Source of the DNA: Octopus sinensis
Lineage: Eukaryota
Assembly (NCBI RefSeq): GCF_006345805.1
Contig: NW_021834064.1
Coordinates: 1 to 27,028 of the forward strand
Reading direction: 5' to 3'
DNA length: 27,028 nt
This document shows positions 1-10,699 of the stretch, one piece after another. The notes beneath the pieces were generated by a model. It was not told the DNA's origin. It worked only from the letters and a program-made list of their open reading frames with translations, and did no database searches. Each line of letters starts with the position of its first letter. Positions within the stretch are counted from its first letter, which is position 1. Position numbers and translations under genes: made by a program.

Positions 1-140
1 TGTATTTCAGATGACTAGCCTTTTCAGATTCTATGTCACGCTAAATCTCAATGTGAACTACGTTAAGGGCACACGTATTTGTGGAGTGCACGTTAATTTC
101 ACTAGTAAGTTGTTCGGTTCGTCAGATCAACTGGAATACT
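1..140 (+). mobile_element. Degenerate 3' tail fragment of SINE family A/D
   Basis: Diverged match to the family-A tail (tgtcacgct...gaactacgttaagggcacacgt...cacgttaatttcac...gatcaactggaa) seen intact at 8816-9191 and 16433-16730; cut by the window start. Confidence 0.75.
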
Positions 141-327
141 GTACATTATATTCGGTGCTATTATGCAAAAGTGTCGTAAGTCCAAGATGTTGCTTTGTTG
201 CTTTTTCAGAAAAACAAAAACGTAGTCTCACCATTTCATAGCAAAACCGTTGTATTATACTTTGACAATTTTTGATATTTTGGCATCTGAACAGGCTAGC
301 GATATGACTGTCTGACCAAAAGTGGAT

Positions 328-709
328 GGAAGCACTCCGTCGATTACGACGACGAGGGTTCCGGTTGATCCGATCAACGGAACAGCCTGCTCGTGAAATT
401 AACGTGTAAGTGGCTGAGCACTCTACAGACACGTGTACCCATAACGTAGTTCTCGGGGATATTCAGCGTGACACAGAGAGTGACGAGGCTGGCCCTTTGA
501 AATACAGGTACAACAGAAACAGGAAGTAAGAGTGAGAGAAAGTTGTGGTGAAAGAGTACAGCAGGGATCACCACCATCCCCTGCCGGAGCCTCGTGGAGC
601 TTTAGGTGTTTTCGCTCAATAAACACTCACAACGCCCGGTCTGGGAATCGAAACCACGATCCTACGACCGCGAGTCCGCTGCCCTAACCACTGGGCCATT
701 GCGCCTCCA
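328..709 (-). mobile_element. tRNA-derived SINE, family A, full length
   Basis: Minus strand starts TGGAGGCGCAATGGCCCAGTGG (Pol III A box) with GTTTCGATTCC (B box); near-identical copies at 2444, 5128, 8816 and 16433. Confidence 0.93.
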
Positions 710-801
710 TCAAAAGTACTGGCTATTGCAAGCAAAAATACATATTGAAAAAACTGCATTTGGCCAAATTTGGACAAACGACAGTTTAACATAATAGCAA
801 C

Positions 802-890
802 GATATATATAGATACACACATACACACACACACTCACACACACACACACACACACAAACACGCTCACACATACACGTGTGTGTATGTGT
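802..890. repeat. (TA)n/(CA)n compound microsatellite
   Basis: Visible directly. Confidence 0.9.
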
Positions 891-1616
891 TTTAAGGTAA
901 GAGTCATTCATCTGGTCCGAAGCATTAAAAATTCTCCTGAAGCCATTTTGAGTTCATTTTGTAACGTTTGTCCCAAAATTGCTTCAAAATATATTCGGTC
1001 TTCTATCACCTTCTTCAGTGACCAGGGACTCAGCTCTGAGGGGTTTTATTTTATAGGTTTACTGAGATGGTAAGTATATCGGAAATAAATAGGCCGTGGG
1101 GCTCACCTAAAGTCAACAACATCTTCACCATGTTTGTGGGGTTGTCGTATGCACCTTTGAGTCCCTAAACATTCTCTATATCATGCTGGTTTGTACTGTA
1201 ACATACTTTGCAAGTTCTACGCTCATACTATATCACTGTATGGCGCTTAACCAGGCTATCCCAGTGCAAGAACCTTAGTTATTACAAACAAGAGACGTAT
1301 ACTTCATTTTTGACACAAGTGCGCTGTATATTATATTGAACAAAAGTCTGTTACTATAAAGAGAAGGTGGTAGTCTACAACAATAAAATGTGAACACGAA
1401 ATAATAGTTATGCAACATATAAGGATAAATGTCAACAGCGTATGGCTGTAAGCATTGTATTTTAATAAAGCACACGCTTGTTGCTATTGAGAGGTTTAAA
1501 AGCATTTTCAATAGATGTGTGTGTGTGTGTGTGTATGTGAATGTCGTACTGTAAGAATTATAAATATAGTAAAATAGTAAATGCTACTTGAATTATTTAA
1601 GAAAAATGACATCATA

Positions 1617-2020
1617 GGCGCAGGAGTGGCTGTGTGGTAAGTAGCTTGCTTACGTACCAGATGGTTCCGGGTTCAGTCCCACTGCGTGGCATCTTGGGCA
1701 AGTGTCTTCTACTATAGCCTCTGGCCAACCAAAGCCTTGTGAGTGGATTTGGTAGACGGAAACTCAAAGAAACCCGTCATAAATATATATATCTGTGTGT
1801 GGGGGGGTATGTTTGTGTGTCTGTGTTTGTCCCCCCAACATCGCTTGACAACCGATGCTGGTGTGTTTACGTCCCCGTCACATAGCGGTTCGGCAAAAGA
1901 TACCGATAGAATAAGTACTGCGCTTGCAAAGAATAAGCCCCGAGATCGATTTGCTCGACTAAAGGCGGTGCTCCAGCATGGCCGCAGGCAAATGACTGAA
2001 ACAAGTAAAGAGTAAAAGAG
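1617..2020 (+). mobile_element. tRNA-derived SINE, family B (CORE-like domain, internal TA/TG microsatellite, (GTAAAAGA)n tail)
   Basis: A box TGGCTGTGTGG, B box GGTTCAGTCCC, then GGCATCTTGGGCAAGTGTCTT resembling the CORE-SINE motif GACCTTGGGCAAGTCACTT; copies at 3168, 13524, 14817, 24143 and 26922. Confidence 0.92.
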
Positions 2021-2147
2021 AGAGAAAAAGAGTCATCTGTTGTGGTGTCAAGTGCTAAGTGATGACCTAATTTCAGCTTGTGATGAACTATACACGACTA
2101 CTGTGAGTCCTTCCTATGGCGAAACTTTGAGTACGCCATCAGGTTCC

Positions 2148-2443
2148 TACCTACCTACATACATACATACACACACACATACATACACACACACTACAAA
2201 CATCCATACATACATACATACATACATACATCATACATACATACATACATACATACATACATCCTACATACATACTACATACATACATACATACATACAT
2301 ACTACATACATACATACATACATACATACATACATACATACATACAACATACATACATACATACATACATACATACCATACATACATACATACATACTAC
2401 ATACATACCTACATACATACATACATACATACATACATACATA
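2148..2443. repeat. (TACA)n microsatellite, left flank of a SINE
   Basis: Tetranucleotide array that resumes at 2823-2887 after the SINE. Confidence 0.95.
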
Positions 2444-2820
2444 GAAGCACTTCGTCGTTACGACGACGAGGGTTCCGGTTGATCCGATCAACGGAACAGC
2501 CTGCTCGTGAAATTAACGTGTAAGTGGCTGACACTCCACAGACACTGTACCCTTAACGTAGTTCTCGGGGATATTCAGCGTGACACAGAGAGTGACAAGA
2601 ACGTCCTCCTTTGAAATACAGGTACAACAGAAACAGGAAATAAGAGTGAGAGAAAGTTGTGGTGAAGAGTACAGCAGGGATCACCAACATCCCCTGCCGG
2701 AGCCTCGAGGAGCTTTAGGTTTTTCGCTCAATAAACACTCACAACGCCCGGTCTGGGATCGAAACCGCGATCCTATGACCGCGAGTCCGCTGCCCTAACC
2801 ACTGGGCCATTGCGCCTCCA
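2444..2820 (-). mobile_element. SINE family A, full length, inside a (TACA)n array
   Basis: Colinear with 328-709, with a few indels. Confidence 0.93.
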
Positions 2821-2822
2821 CG

Positions 2823-2910
2823 TATACATACATACATACATACATACATACATACATACATACATACATACATACATACATACATACACACACGCATACA
2901 CACACATATA
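2823..2910. repeat. (TACA)n/(CA)n microsatellite
   Basis: Visible directly. Confidence 0.93.
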
Positions 2911-3414
2911 TCGTTAATGGCTTTTTTTATGTCTAGTTATAATTAAGACAATCTTACATAAATCTAATGGGTTACTCTATATTTTTGTAGAGTACAAATT
3001 TGTAATTCCTAAACAAGAATATCGTTGACAATGATTACGAAGGTTCGGCCTGCTAAACCATCCGCGGGCTACATACACACACAGACATGTACACGCACAT
3101 ATATACACAAACACACGCACAATGTGCGTGCGTCTGTTGTGTGTGTATGTATATATGTATGTATATACTCTTTATTCTTTTACTCTTTTACTTGTTTCAG
3201 TCATTTGACTGCGGCCATGCTGGAGCACTGCCTTTAGTCGAGCAAATCGACCCCGGGACTTATTCTTTGTAAGCCCAGTACTTATTCTATCGGTCTCTTT
3301 TGCCGAACCGCTAAGTGACGGGGACGTAAACTCATTAGCATCGGTTGTCAAGCAATGCTAGAGGGACAAACACAGACACACAAACATACACACACACATA
3401 CATATATATATATA

Positions 3415-3630
3415 CAACGGAAAGCTTTATGAAAATAAACAAAAGACGAAGGCAGGTGGAATACAAACAAACAATTGTATTAGTATGGCGCTCAGGAATA
3501 TAAATAAAACATGTCTTTTACGTTTCGAGCCTACGCTCTTCGACAGAAAGATACACAGAAAAGAAACACGGAGAGAAACAAGGAAGAAAAAAAATGCGTG
3601 CAGAAGCTAGCGAATCAACATGGCGATCTG
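3415..3630 (-). mobile_element. Putative Penelope-like element pLTR fragment inserted in (TA)n
   Basis: Foreign sequence flanked by TA repeats on both sides; contains a minimal hammerhead motif of the type typical of Penelope-like pseudo-LTRs. Confidence 0.6.
3514..3551 (-). ncRNA. Minimal type-I hammerhead ribozyme-like motif (variant core CUGUCGA)
   Basis: Minus strand UCUUU-CUGUCGA-A-GAGC(GUAG)GCUC-GAAAC-GUA-AAAGA: 5-bp stem I, 4-bp stem II, palindromic ACGU stem III, GUA cleavage triplet; A6 is replaced by U. Confidence 0.65.
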
Positions 3631-3794
3631 TATATATATAAATATATACGACAGGCTTCTTTCAGTTTCCGTCTACCAAATCCACTCACAAGTCTTTGGT
3701 CGACCCGAGGCTATAGCAGAAGACACTTGCCCAAGATGCCACGCTGTGGGACTGAACCTGGAACCATGTGGTTGGTTAGCAAGCTACTTACAGC

Positions 3795-3830
<36 letters not shown>

Positions 3831-4077
3831 AAACAATGAGGTGTGGTCAATACTATACTGGTGTTAATACACAAATAAAAAATATACATGTGTGTGTGTG
3901 TGTGGTGTGTGTGTGTGTGTGTCAATACAAACTGTATGTATTGAATGTGTATTTTTTGTTTGTGTACATGAAGAGAGAGGGAGAGGGTGAGGGAGAGAGA
4001 GGGGGAAAAGGGGGGAGAAAGAGTGTGTGGCAGTGGGAGAGAAAGATAAATAGGGAGGAGAAACAGAAAGTAAATAA

Positions 4078-4143
4078 AACGCGCCATTTGAAATGTTTTT
4101 TTTTTTTAATTGTTTTCCTTTGTCATTTTAGCGCGGGAAAAAT
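4078..4143. promoter_or_regulatory. Possible YY1-like and E2F-like sites
   Basis: CGCGCCATTT and TTTTAGCGCGGGAAAA in otherwise CpG-poor sequence; motif match only. Confidence 0.2.
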
Positions 4144-4450
4144 ATCTATTTATATAACTACTTCTTTTCTTCTTTATTTCTTTCTTTCTTTATTTATTTA
4201 TTTTCCATTATGTCATTTTCCCGTGTCTTTTTCTTCCTTCCTTTCTTCTTTTTAACTTTACGTCTTTTACCGACTAACTTTTTGCGCAGTAACTTTGCCT
4301 TTGTTTTCTTACCTTTTTTTCTTTCTTTCCTTTTTTCCATCTATTCTTTCCTTCTTTCCTTTCGTCTTTTATCCGTTTTTTTATTGTTGTTGTTGTTTTT
4401 TTTTGGCGCAGGTAAAGTAATTTTGCTTTACGTAATCTTTTCCTTCTATG

Positions 4451-4685
4451 AAGGCGGCGAGCTGGCAGAATCGTTAGCACGCCGGGCGAAATGCATAGCC
4501 GTATTTCGTCTGCCGTTACGTTCTGAGTTCAAATTCCGCCGAGGTCGACTTTGCCTTTCATCCTTTCGGGGTCAATAAATTAAGTACCAGTTACGCACTG
4601 GGGTCGACGTAATCGACTTAATCCCTTTGCCTGTCCTTGTTTGTCCCATCTATGTTTAGCCCCTTGTGGGTAGTAAAGAAATAAG
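4451..4685 (+). mobile_element. tRNA-derived SINE, family C (Meta-domain-like centre)
   Basis: AAGGCGGCGAGCTGGCAGAATCG...AGTTCAAATTCC followed by GTCGACTTTGCCTTTCATCCTTTCGGGGTC; near-identical copy at 20527-20758. Confidence 0.9.
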
Positions 4686-4710
4686 AATAGAGCAGTAAGT
4701 AGCGTAAACA

Positions 4711-4851
4711 GGGCTTAATGTTTGGGGCACTGGGTTCACAGTCATAAGGTCCTCAGTTCGATTCCTGGCAGCGCGTTGTATCCATGAGGAAGACACTTTA
4801 TTTTACGTTGTTACAGTCCAGTCAGCTCTCAACGATGAGTTGTACCTGTAT
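4711..4851 (+). mobile_element. Degenerate SINE family D head, truncated where the family-A tail begins
   Basis: B box AGTTCGATTCC, AAGACACTTTATTTTACGTTG, ending in GAGTTGTACCTGTAT; homologous to 21409-21705 (-). Confidence 0.7.
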
Positions 4852-5127
4852 ACACATACACCAACAGTTTATCTAAACAGGATTACTTATTCTCTCGGAT
4901 TACTTACATATGGTTTTGGGATTTTTCGTTATTCGTTCTTTTCCTAAGACGTTATTATATTCACCTTTTCGCAAGGGCATATTTATTCTTAAATAATTTT
5001 TACAACGCCGTTCTACAACGCCTTTTAAAATTTAGATTTATCAGAAGCTATTATAAAATAATAGAATAACCAGTTAGGCTAGAACACCCTAGAAAAGGAA
5101 TAAAGATAGTCTAATCATTAAAACCAT

Positions 5128-5512
5128 TGGAAGCACTCCGTCGGTTACGACGACGAGGGTTCCGGTTGATCCGAATCAACGGAACAGCCTGCTCGTGAAA
5201 TTAACGTGTAAGTGGCTGAGCACTCCACAGACACGTGTAACCTTAACGTAGTTCTCGGGGATATTCAGCGTGACACAGAGAGTGACAAGGCTGGCCCCTT
5301 GAAATACAGGTACAACAGAAACAGGAAGTAAGAGTGAGAGAAAGTTGTGGTGAAAGAGTACAGCAGGGATCACCAACATCCCTGCCGGAGCCTCGTGGAG
5401 CTTTTTTAGGTGTTTTCGCTCAATAAACACTCACAACGCCCGGTCTGGGAATCGAAACCGCGATCCTACGACCGCGAGTCCGCTGCCCTAACCACTGGGC
5501 CATTGCGACTCC
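5128..5512 (-). mobile_element. SINE family A, full length, with target-site duplication
   Basis: Colinear with the other A copies; ATTAAAACCAT at 5117-5127 and 5513-5523. Confidence 0.95.
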
Positions 5513-5609
5513 ATTAAAACCATAATAAAGCATATATACCTTATTAATTTCAATAGAGAAGATTTATAGAAAATGTATAAAACAGTGACAAGAAAAATTT
5601 GTAACAAGT

Positions 5610-5974
5610 CTTTCTTCCTGATACCTTAGTAGCTTCTAAGTGGAAGTGAAGGCAGCATGTTCTTTGTCTTTCTCCTTAACTTCTTGGAGGTTTTAGGTAA
5701 AATTATATTAATGTGTCCATCTGTTTCGATTTAATTAAATTCTATGTCTTTGTGCAGCTGAGGATTGCTCTGCATTTAAATTGGTGTAATGGTTGCTTTG
5801 TTCAATTAAATGGAGTTGCATGAAACGATCGTACTGCATTACCTCTGGATATCCTTGTTGCTTATTTTGATTCTAATCACCTTATTTTGAAATTGTATGG
5901 ATAATACAGTACTAAATTCTGGTGCCTCAGCTTAAGTGCCATATTCATCTGAGTCTAAATTTTTGCTGCACTTT

Positions 5975-5976
<2 letters not shown>
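5610..5976 (+). mobile_element. Putative Penelope-like pLTR remnant ending in (TA)n (left boundary approximate)
   Basis: Contains a complete hammerhead motif about 140 nt upstream of a long TA-rich array. Confidence 0.5.
5752..5839 (+). ncRNA. Type-I hammerhead ribozyme motif with extended stem II
   Basis: GUGCAG-CUGAGGA(5758-5764)-57-nt stem II (CUC/GAG, CAUUUA/UAAAUG, AUUG/CAAU)-GAAA(5822-5825)-C-GAUC-GUA-CUGCAU; 6-bp stem I, palindromic ACGAUCGU stem III, predicted cleavage after 5833. Confidence 0.78.
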
Positions 5977-6005
<29 letters not shown>

Positions 6006-6169
6006 ATATGTTTGTATATATATATACATGTATATATGTTTGTATATATATATATATCTATATATATTATTATATATTATATCTATATATATAATATGTA
6101 TATATATATATATATGCATAAATATATTATATATATATGTATATATATGTATATTATATATATTGTATG

Positions 6170-6202
<33 letters not shown>

Positions 6203-6392
6203 ATGCATGTATACACATATGCATGTATATATATATGTATATATATATATATGTGATATATATATAGATGTATATATGTATTATATATATATATGTATAT
6301 ATATATGTATGTATTTATATGTATATATATATGCATATATATATGTGTATATATATATGTTATATGTATATATATATATATATGTATATATG

Positions 6393-6436
<44 letters not shown>

Positions 6437-6490
6437 GTATATATATATATATGTATATATATGTATATATATGTACGTCTATATATGTAT
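5976..6490. repeat. Long imperfect (TA)n/(TATG)n/(TG)n microsatellite
   Basis: Visible directly; source of many spurious IYIY ORFs. Confidence 0.95.
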
Positions 6491-7102
6491 TTAACTTGCA
6501 AAATATGACCATCCTCAAAATAACAATATCTATTTCAACACACGATTTCACATCATGAATCTTGCAAATCATTTACACGAACGCGCGCGCGCGCATGACT
6601 AAATGTATGTATACAAATTGAGTTTTAAAATTGTTCATTTAGGTTTTTTGTTGTTGTTTTTTTGTTTGTTGTTATTGCTGTTTTCTCTTTCTTTTTTTTT
6701 TTTGCGTCTTATGCTTTCCGTAAGGCAATATTTAGAAAAATCATAATTTTTTAGAAAGAAGACATTTGGAATTGCTTGTTTCTACAGACGAAGGAAAATG
6801 GAAACGGCATTCCTTGTATTTCAACAAAAGTCTTTAAATAAAGATGTTAGCAATGACATCTTCGATATGGAAACGTTGCTATGGAGAGGGAGTTGTTGGG
6901 TTGTCGAGGGTGGAGGAAGGAAGGAGGGAGGAGGTGGAGTTTGTATAAAATCTGTTGAACATATCGTGTGAGAAAATCTCCAGAGTGCAGAAAAAGGAGC
7001 CTCAGAAGGAGGTGGGGGGGCGAGAGTGGGGGGGAGAAAGAGGGGGGTGAGAGGCAGACTTGTAGAGAAAGAAACAGAGACAGACAGAAATTGAAACAGT
7101 GA

Positions 7103-7250
7103 GAGAAGAAGAAGAAGAAGAAGAAGAAGAAGAAGAAGAGAAGAAGAAGAAGAAGAAGACGAGGAAGAAGGAGGAGGAGGAGAAGAAGAAGAACAAGAAC
7201 AAGAAGAACAAGAACAAGAACAAGAACAAGAACAAGAACAAGAAGAAGAG
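7103..7250. repeat. (GAA)n/(GAACAA)n microsatellite within a purine-rich low-complexity tract
   Basis: Visible directly. Confidence 0.95.
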
Positions 7251-7540
7251 ACACTAATGTGAGAGATGAACAGGGGATACAAGGTAAGAGATAGTGGAAG
7301 ACACACTGGATTGGACACAGAGAGAGGGGGAGGAAAAAGAGGTGGAGATATAGGTGCAGGAGAATGAAAGGAACGAAAATAAGGGAGAGAGGTAAGAAAG
7401 GTGATCTTGAGAGAAAGAGGGAGTTGGACGGAGGTAGCAGGAAATGGGGAAGAAAGAGAATGAAACTGAAAGAAGAGTAGAGAGGGAAGAGGGAAGATAA
7501 AGTAAAAGAGGAAGAAAGAGGAAAATAGTGTGGAACAGAA

Positions 7541-7980
7541 AGTGAGTGAGAGTGAGTGAGTGGGTGAGTGATCGAACGAGTTTATGAGTGAGTGATCGAG
7601 CGAGTGAATGAGTGAGCGAATGAGTGAGTGATCGAGTGAGTGATTGAGTGAGTGTGTGAGTGAGTGAGTGATCGTGTAAGTGAGTGAGTGATCGTGTAAG
7701 TGAGTGAGTGAGTGAGTGAGTGAGCGTGTGAGTGATCGTGTAAGTGAGTGAGTGAGTGAGTGAGTGAGTGAGTGAGTGAATGAGCGTGTGAGTGAGTGAG
7801 TGAGTGATCGAATGAGCTTATGAGTGAGAGATCGAGCGAGTGAATGAGTGAGTAAATGAGTGAGTGATTCAGTGATCGAGCGAGTTTATGAGTGAGTGAT
7901 CGAGCGAGTGAATGAGTGAGCAAACGAGTGAGTGAGTGAGTGATGGAGTGAGTTTCTGAGTGAGCGAATAAGTGAGTGAA
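7541..7980. repeat. (GAGT)n microsatellite with recurrent GATCG variants
   Basis: Visible directly. Confidence 0.93.
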
Positions 7981-8427
7981 TAAATGAACGACAGAAACTT
8001 TTCATGAGAGAGCAAGAAATCGACAGAGAGAGAGGATGAGAGAGAGAGGGGGAGAGAAAGAAAGCTGGGTACAATTCTAAGACAAATAAAAGCTCCAAGA
8101 ATCCTCTTTGGTTCTGATTGATAAGTACTCATTTTGGGAGAGAGAGAAAGAAAAAGAAGGGAATATTAAAAGTAGAAAAATAATTTTCAAAATGGACGAA
8201 CTAAGAATCTAAAAAAAATGAAATAACGGAAGTCACGAAATCCCTTCGGCTTTTAACGTAATTCACTTTCGAATTTTTAAAAGTATACTTTTAAAGAGGA
8301 TTTCGGGTAGAATTTTTAAATATTGTGTCATTCGGTCTTTGATTTCTTGGTTTGCTTTTGCGGTGGGGGTGAAATAGGTTGTGATTGTTGTTGCCATCGT
8401 TTTTGTTAAAATAAAGTTATTATTATG

Positions 8428-8435
8428 GTTGTTGC

Positions 8436-8475
<40 letters not shown>

Positions 8476-8512
8476 GCTGCTGTTCTTGTTGGGGCTGCTG
8501 CTTCTGTTGTTG

Positions 8513-8544
<32 letters not shown>

Positions 8545-8598
8545 GGTGGTGGTGGTGTGGTGGTGGTGGTGTTGTTGTTGTTGTTGTGGTGGTGGTGG

Positions 8599-8635
<37 letters not shown>

Positions 8636-8812
8636 GGTGGTGGTGTTATTATTGTTGTTGTTGTTGTTGTTGCTGATAGAGGTGCTGGTGGTTGCTTTAT
8701 GGCTTTTGCTGTCGTTTCTGCTGCTGCTGCTAATATTGTTTTTATTGTTGCAGCGATTGTTCTTGTTATTGTGGCTGTTGTTGTTGCTGGTATTGATAAC
8801 AGTATTGTTGTT
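8428..8812. repeat. (GTT)n/(GGT)n compound trinucleotide array
   Basis: Visible directly. Confidence 0.95.
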
Positions 8813-8815
8813 GAG

Positions 8816-9191
8816 TGGAGACGCAATGGCCCTGTGGTTAGGGCAGCGGACTCGCGGTCGTAGGATCGGGGTTTCGATTCCCAGGTAGGGCGTTGTATTT
8901 ATTGAGCGAAAACACCTAAAGCTCCACGATGTTCCGGCAGGGGGTGATGACGAACCCTGCTGTACTCTATCACCACAACTTTCTCTCACTCCTTCTTCCT
9001 GTTTCTGTTGTACCTGTATTTCAAAGGGCCGGCCTTGTAACATTCTGTGTCGCGCTGAATCTCCCCTGAGAACTATGTTACGGGTACATGTGTCTGTGGA
9101 GTGCTCAGCCACTTGCACGTTAATTTCACGAGCAGACTGTTCCGTTGATTGGATCAACTGGAACCCTCATCATCGTAACCGATGGAGTGCC
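8816..9191 (+). mobile_element. SINE family A (more diverged) within (GTT)n arrays
   Basis: TGGAGACGCAATGGCCCTGTGG...GTTTCGATTCC...CGTAACCGATGGAGTGC. Confidence 0.92.
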
Positions 9192-9197
9192 GCGACG

Positions 9198-9477
9198 GTT
9201 GTTGTGGTGTTGTTGTTGTTGTTGTTGTTGTGTGTGTTGGTGTTGTTGTGTTGTTGTTGTTGTTGTTGTGTTGTTGTGTTGTGTTGTTGTTGTTGTTGTT
9301 GTTGGTTGTTGTTGTTGTTGTTGTTGGTGTTGTTGTTGTTGTTGTTGTTGTTGTGGTGTTGTTGTTGTTGGTTGTTGTTGTTGTTGTGGTGTTGTTGTTG
9401 TTGCTGTTGCTGTTGTTGTTGTTGTTGTTGTGTTGTTGTGTTGTTGTTGTTGTCGTCGTCGTCGTTCCTGTTGTTGT

Positions 9478-9509
<32 letters not shown>

Positions 9510-9510
9510 T
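9198..9510. repeat. (GTT)n then (GAT)n array
   Basis: Visible directly. Confidence 0.95.
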
Positions 9511-9779
9511 CAATGTTTGTTGTTACTGTTGCTTTTGTTGCATTTGTTGTTTGCAGCATTTAGAGAGAGAGAGAAAGAGAAAGAGAGGGAAAGAAAAAGA
9601 GAAAGAGAGAGAGTGAGTGGTGGACGGACAGAGAGACAGACAGAGGGTGGGAAACAAGAACAAAGAAGAAGAGAGTAATGACTGAAATAAGGAATGGGAG
9701 GAAATATTACAAAATGAAGTAGGACAAAAAGAAAGAGAAATGGTAGAATAGTAAAAGAGAGAGAGGGAAGAGGAAGAGA

Positions 9780-10555
9780 AGAGAGAGGAGAGAAAAGGCA
9801 GAATGATAAAGGGGTGAGAGAGAGAGAGGAGAGAGGGGGCGGAATGATAAAGGAGTGAGAGAGAGAGAGAGGAGAGAAAGGGCAGAAGGATAAAAGAGTA
9901 AGAGAGAGAGAGGAGAGAGAGGGCGGAAAGATTAAGGAGTGAGAGAGAGAGAGGAGAGAAAGGGCAGAATGATAAAGGAGTGAGAGAGAGAGGAGAAGGG
10001 GCGTAAGGATAAAGAAGTGAGAGAGAGAGGAGAAAAGGGGCAGAAGGATAAAAGTGTGAGAGGGGAGGGGAAGAGAGAAGAGAGAAAAGTCAGAATGATA
10101 AAATAGTGAGAGAGGGAGAGGAGAGAGAAAGGGCGGAATGATAAAGAAGTGAGAGAGAGAGAGGAGAGAGAAAGGGCGGAATGATAAAGAAGTGAGAGAG
10201 AGAGAGGAGAGAGAAAGGGCGGAATGATAAAGAAGTGAGAGAGAGAGAGGAGAGAAGGGGCAGAATGATAAAGGGGTGAGAGAGGAGAGAGGAGAGAGGG
10301 GGCGTAAGGATAAAGAAGTGAGAGAGAGAGAGAGAGGAGAGAAAGGACAGAAGGATAAAGGAGTGAGAGAGAGAGAGAGAGGAGAGAAAGGGCAGAAGGA
10401 TAAAAGTGTGAGAGGGGAGGGGAAGAGAGAAGAGAGAAAAGTCAGAATGATAAAATAGTGAGAGAGGGAGAGGAGAGAGAAAGGGCGGAATGATAAGAAG
10501 TGAGAGAGAGAGAAAGGGCGGAATGATAAAGGAGTGAGAGAGAGAGAGAGAGGAG
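9780..10555. repeat. Purine-rich minisatellite, ~38-42-bp unit (GAGA)n-GGAGAGAAAGGGCGGAATGATAAAGAAGT
   Basis: Recurrent GGGCRGAAKGATAAA core separated by variable (GA)n. Confidence 0.9.
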
Positions 10556-10571
10556 GGAAGTTAGACGCAAT

Positions 10572-10584
10572 GTGTGTGTGTGTG

Positions 10585-10631
<47 letters not shown>
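10572..10631. repeat. (TG)n microsatellite
   Basis: Visible directly. Confidence 0.95.
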
Positions 10632-10632
<1 letters not shown>

Positions 10633-10699
10633 CTTGCGTAATCATAAGTTTTGGAAAGATTAGAACCTACTCATAAAATAACCTTTAATTCTTCCTCCA

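Larger units (their letters stand above)
3168..3798 (-). mobile_element. SINE family B interrupted by a ~215-bp insertion in its internal (TA)n
   Basis: 3' half at 3168-3414 and 5' half at 3631-3798 are reverse complements of the 1617-2020 copy. Confidence 0.9.

Noticed and set aside
636-709. tRNA genes at SINE heads
   Set aside because: No complete acceptor stem; each continues into a SINE body.
317-718. CAAAAGT on both sides of the first SINE as a TSD
   Set aside because: Only 7 bp, A-rich and not flush with the element ends.
984-1022. Minus-strand CUGAAGA-AGGU...ACC-GAAU hammerhead-like motif
   Set aside because: Lacks GAAA, and the stem I/III register does not fit; at best a decayed copy.
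5922-9616. Long ORFs of poly-IY, poly-L/V/C, poly-T/N/Q and SLTH repeats
   Set aside because: They are translations of microsatellites, open in several frames on both strands.
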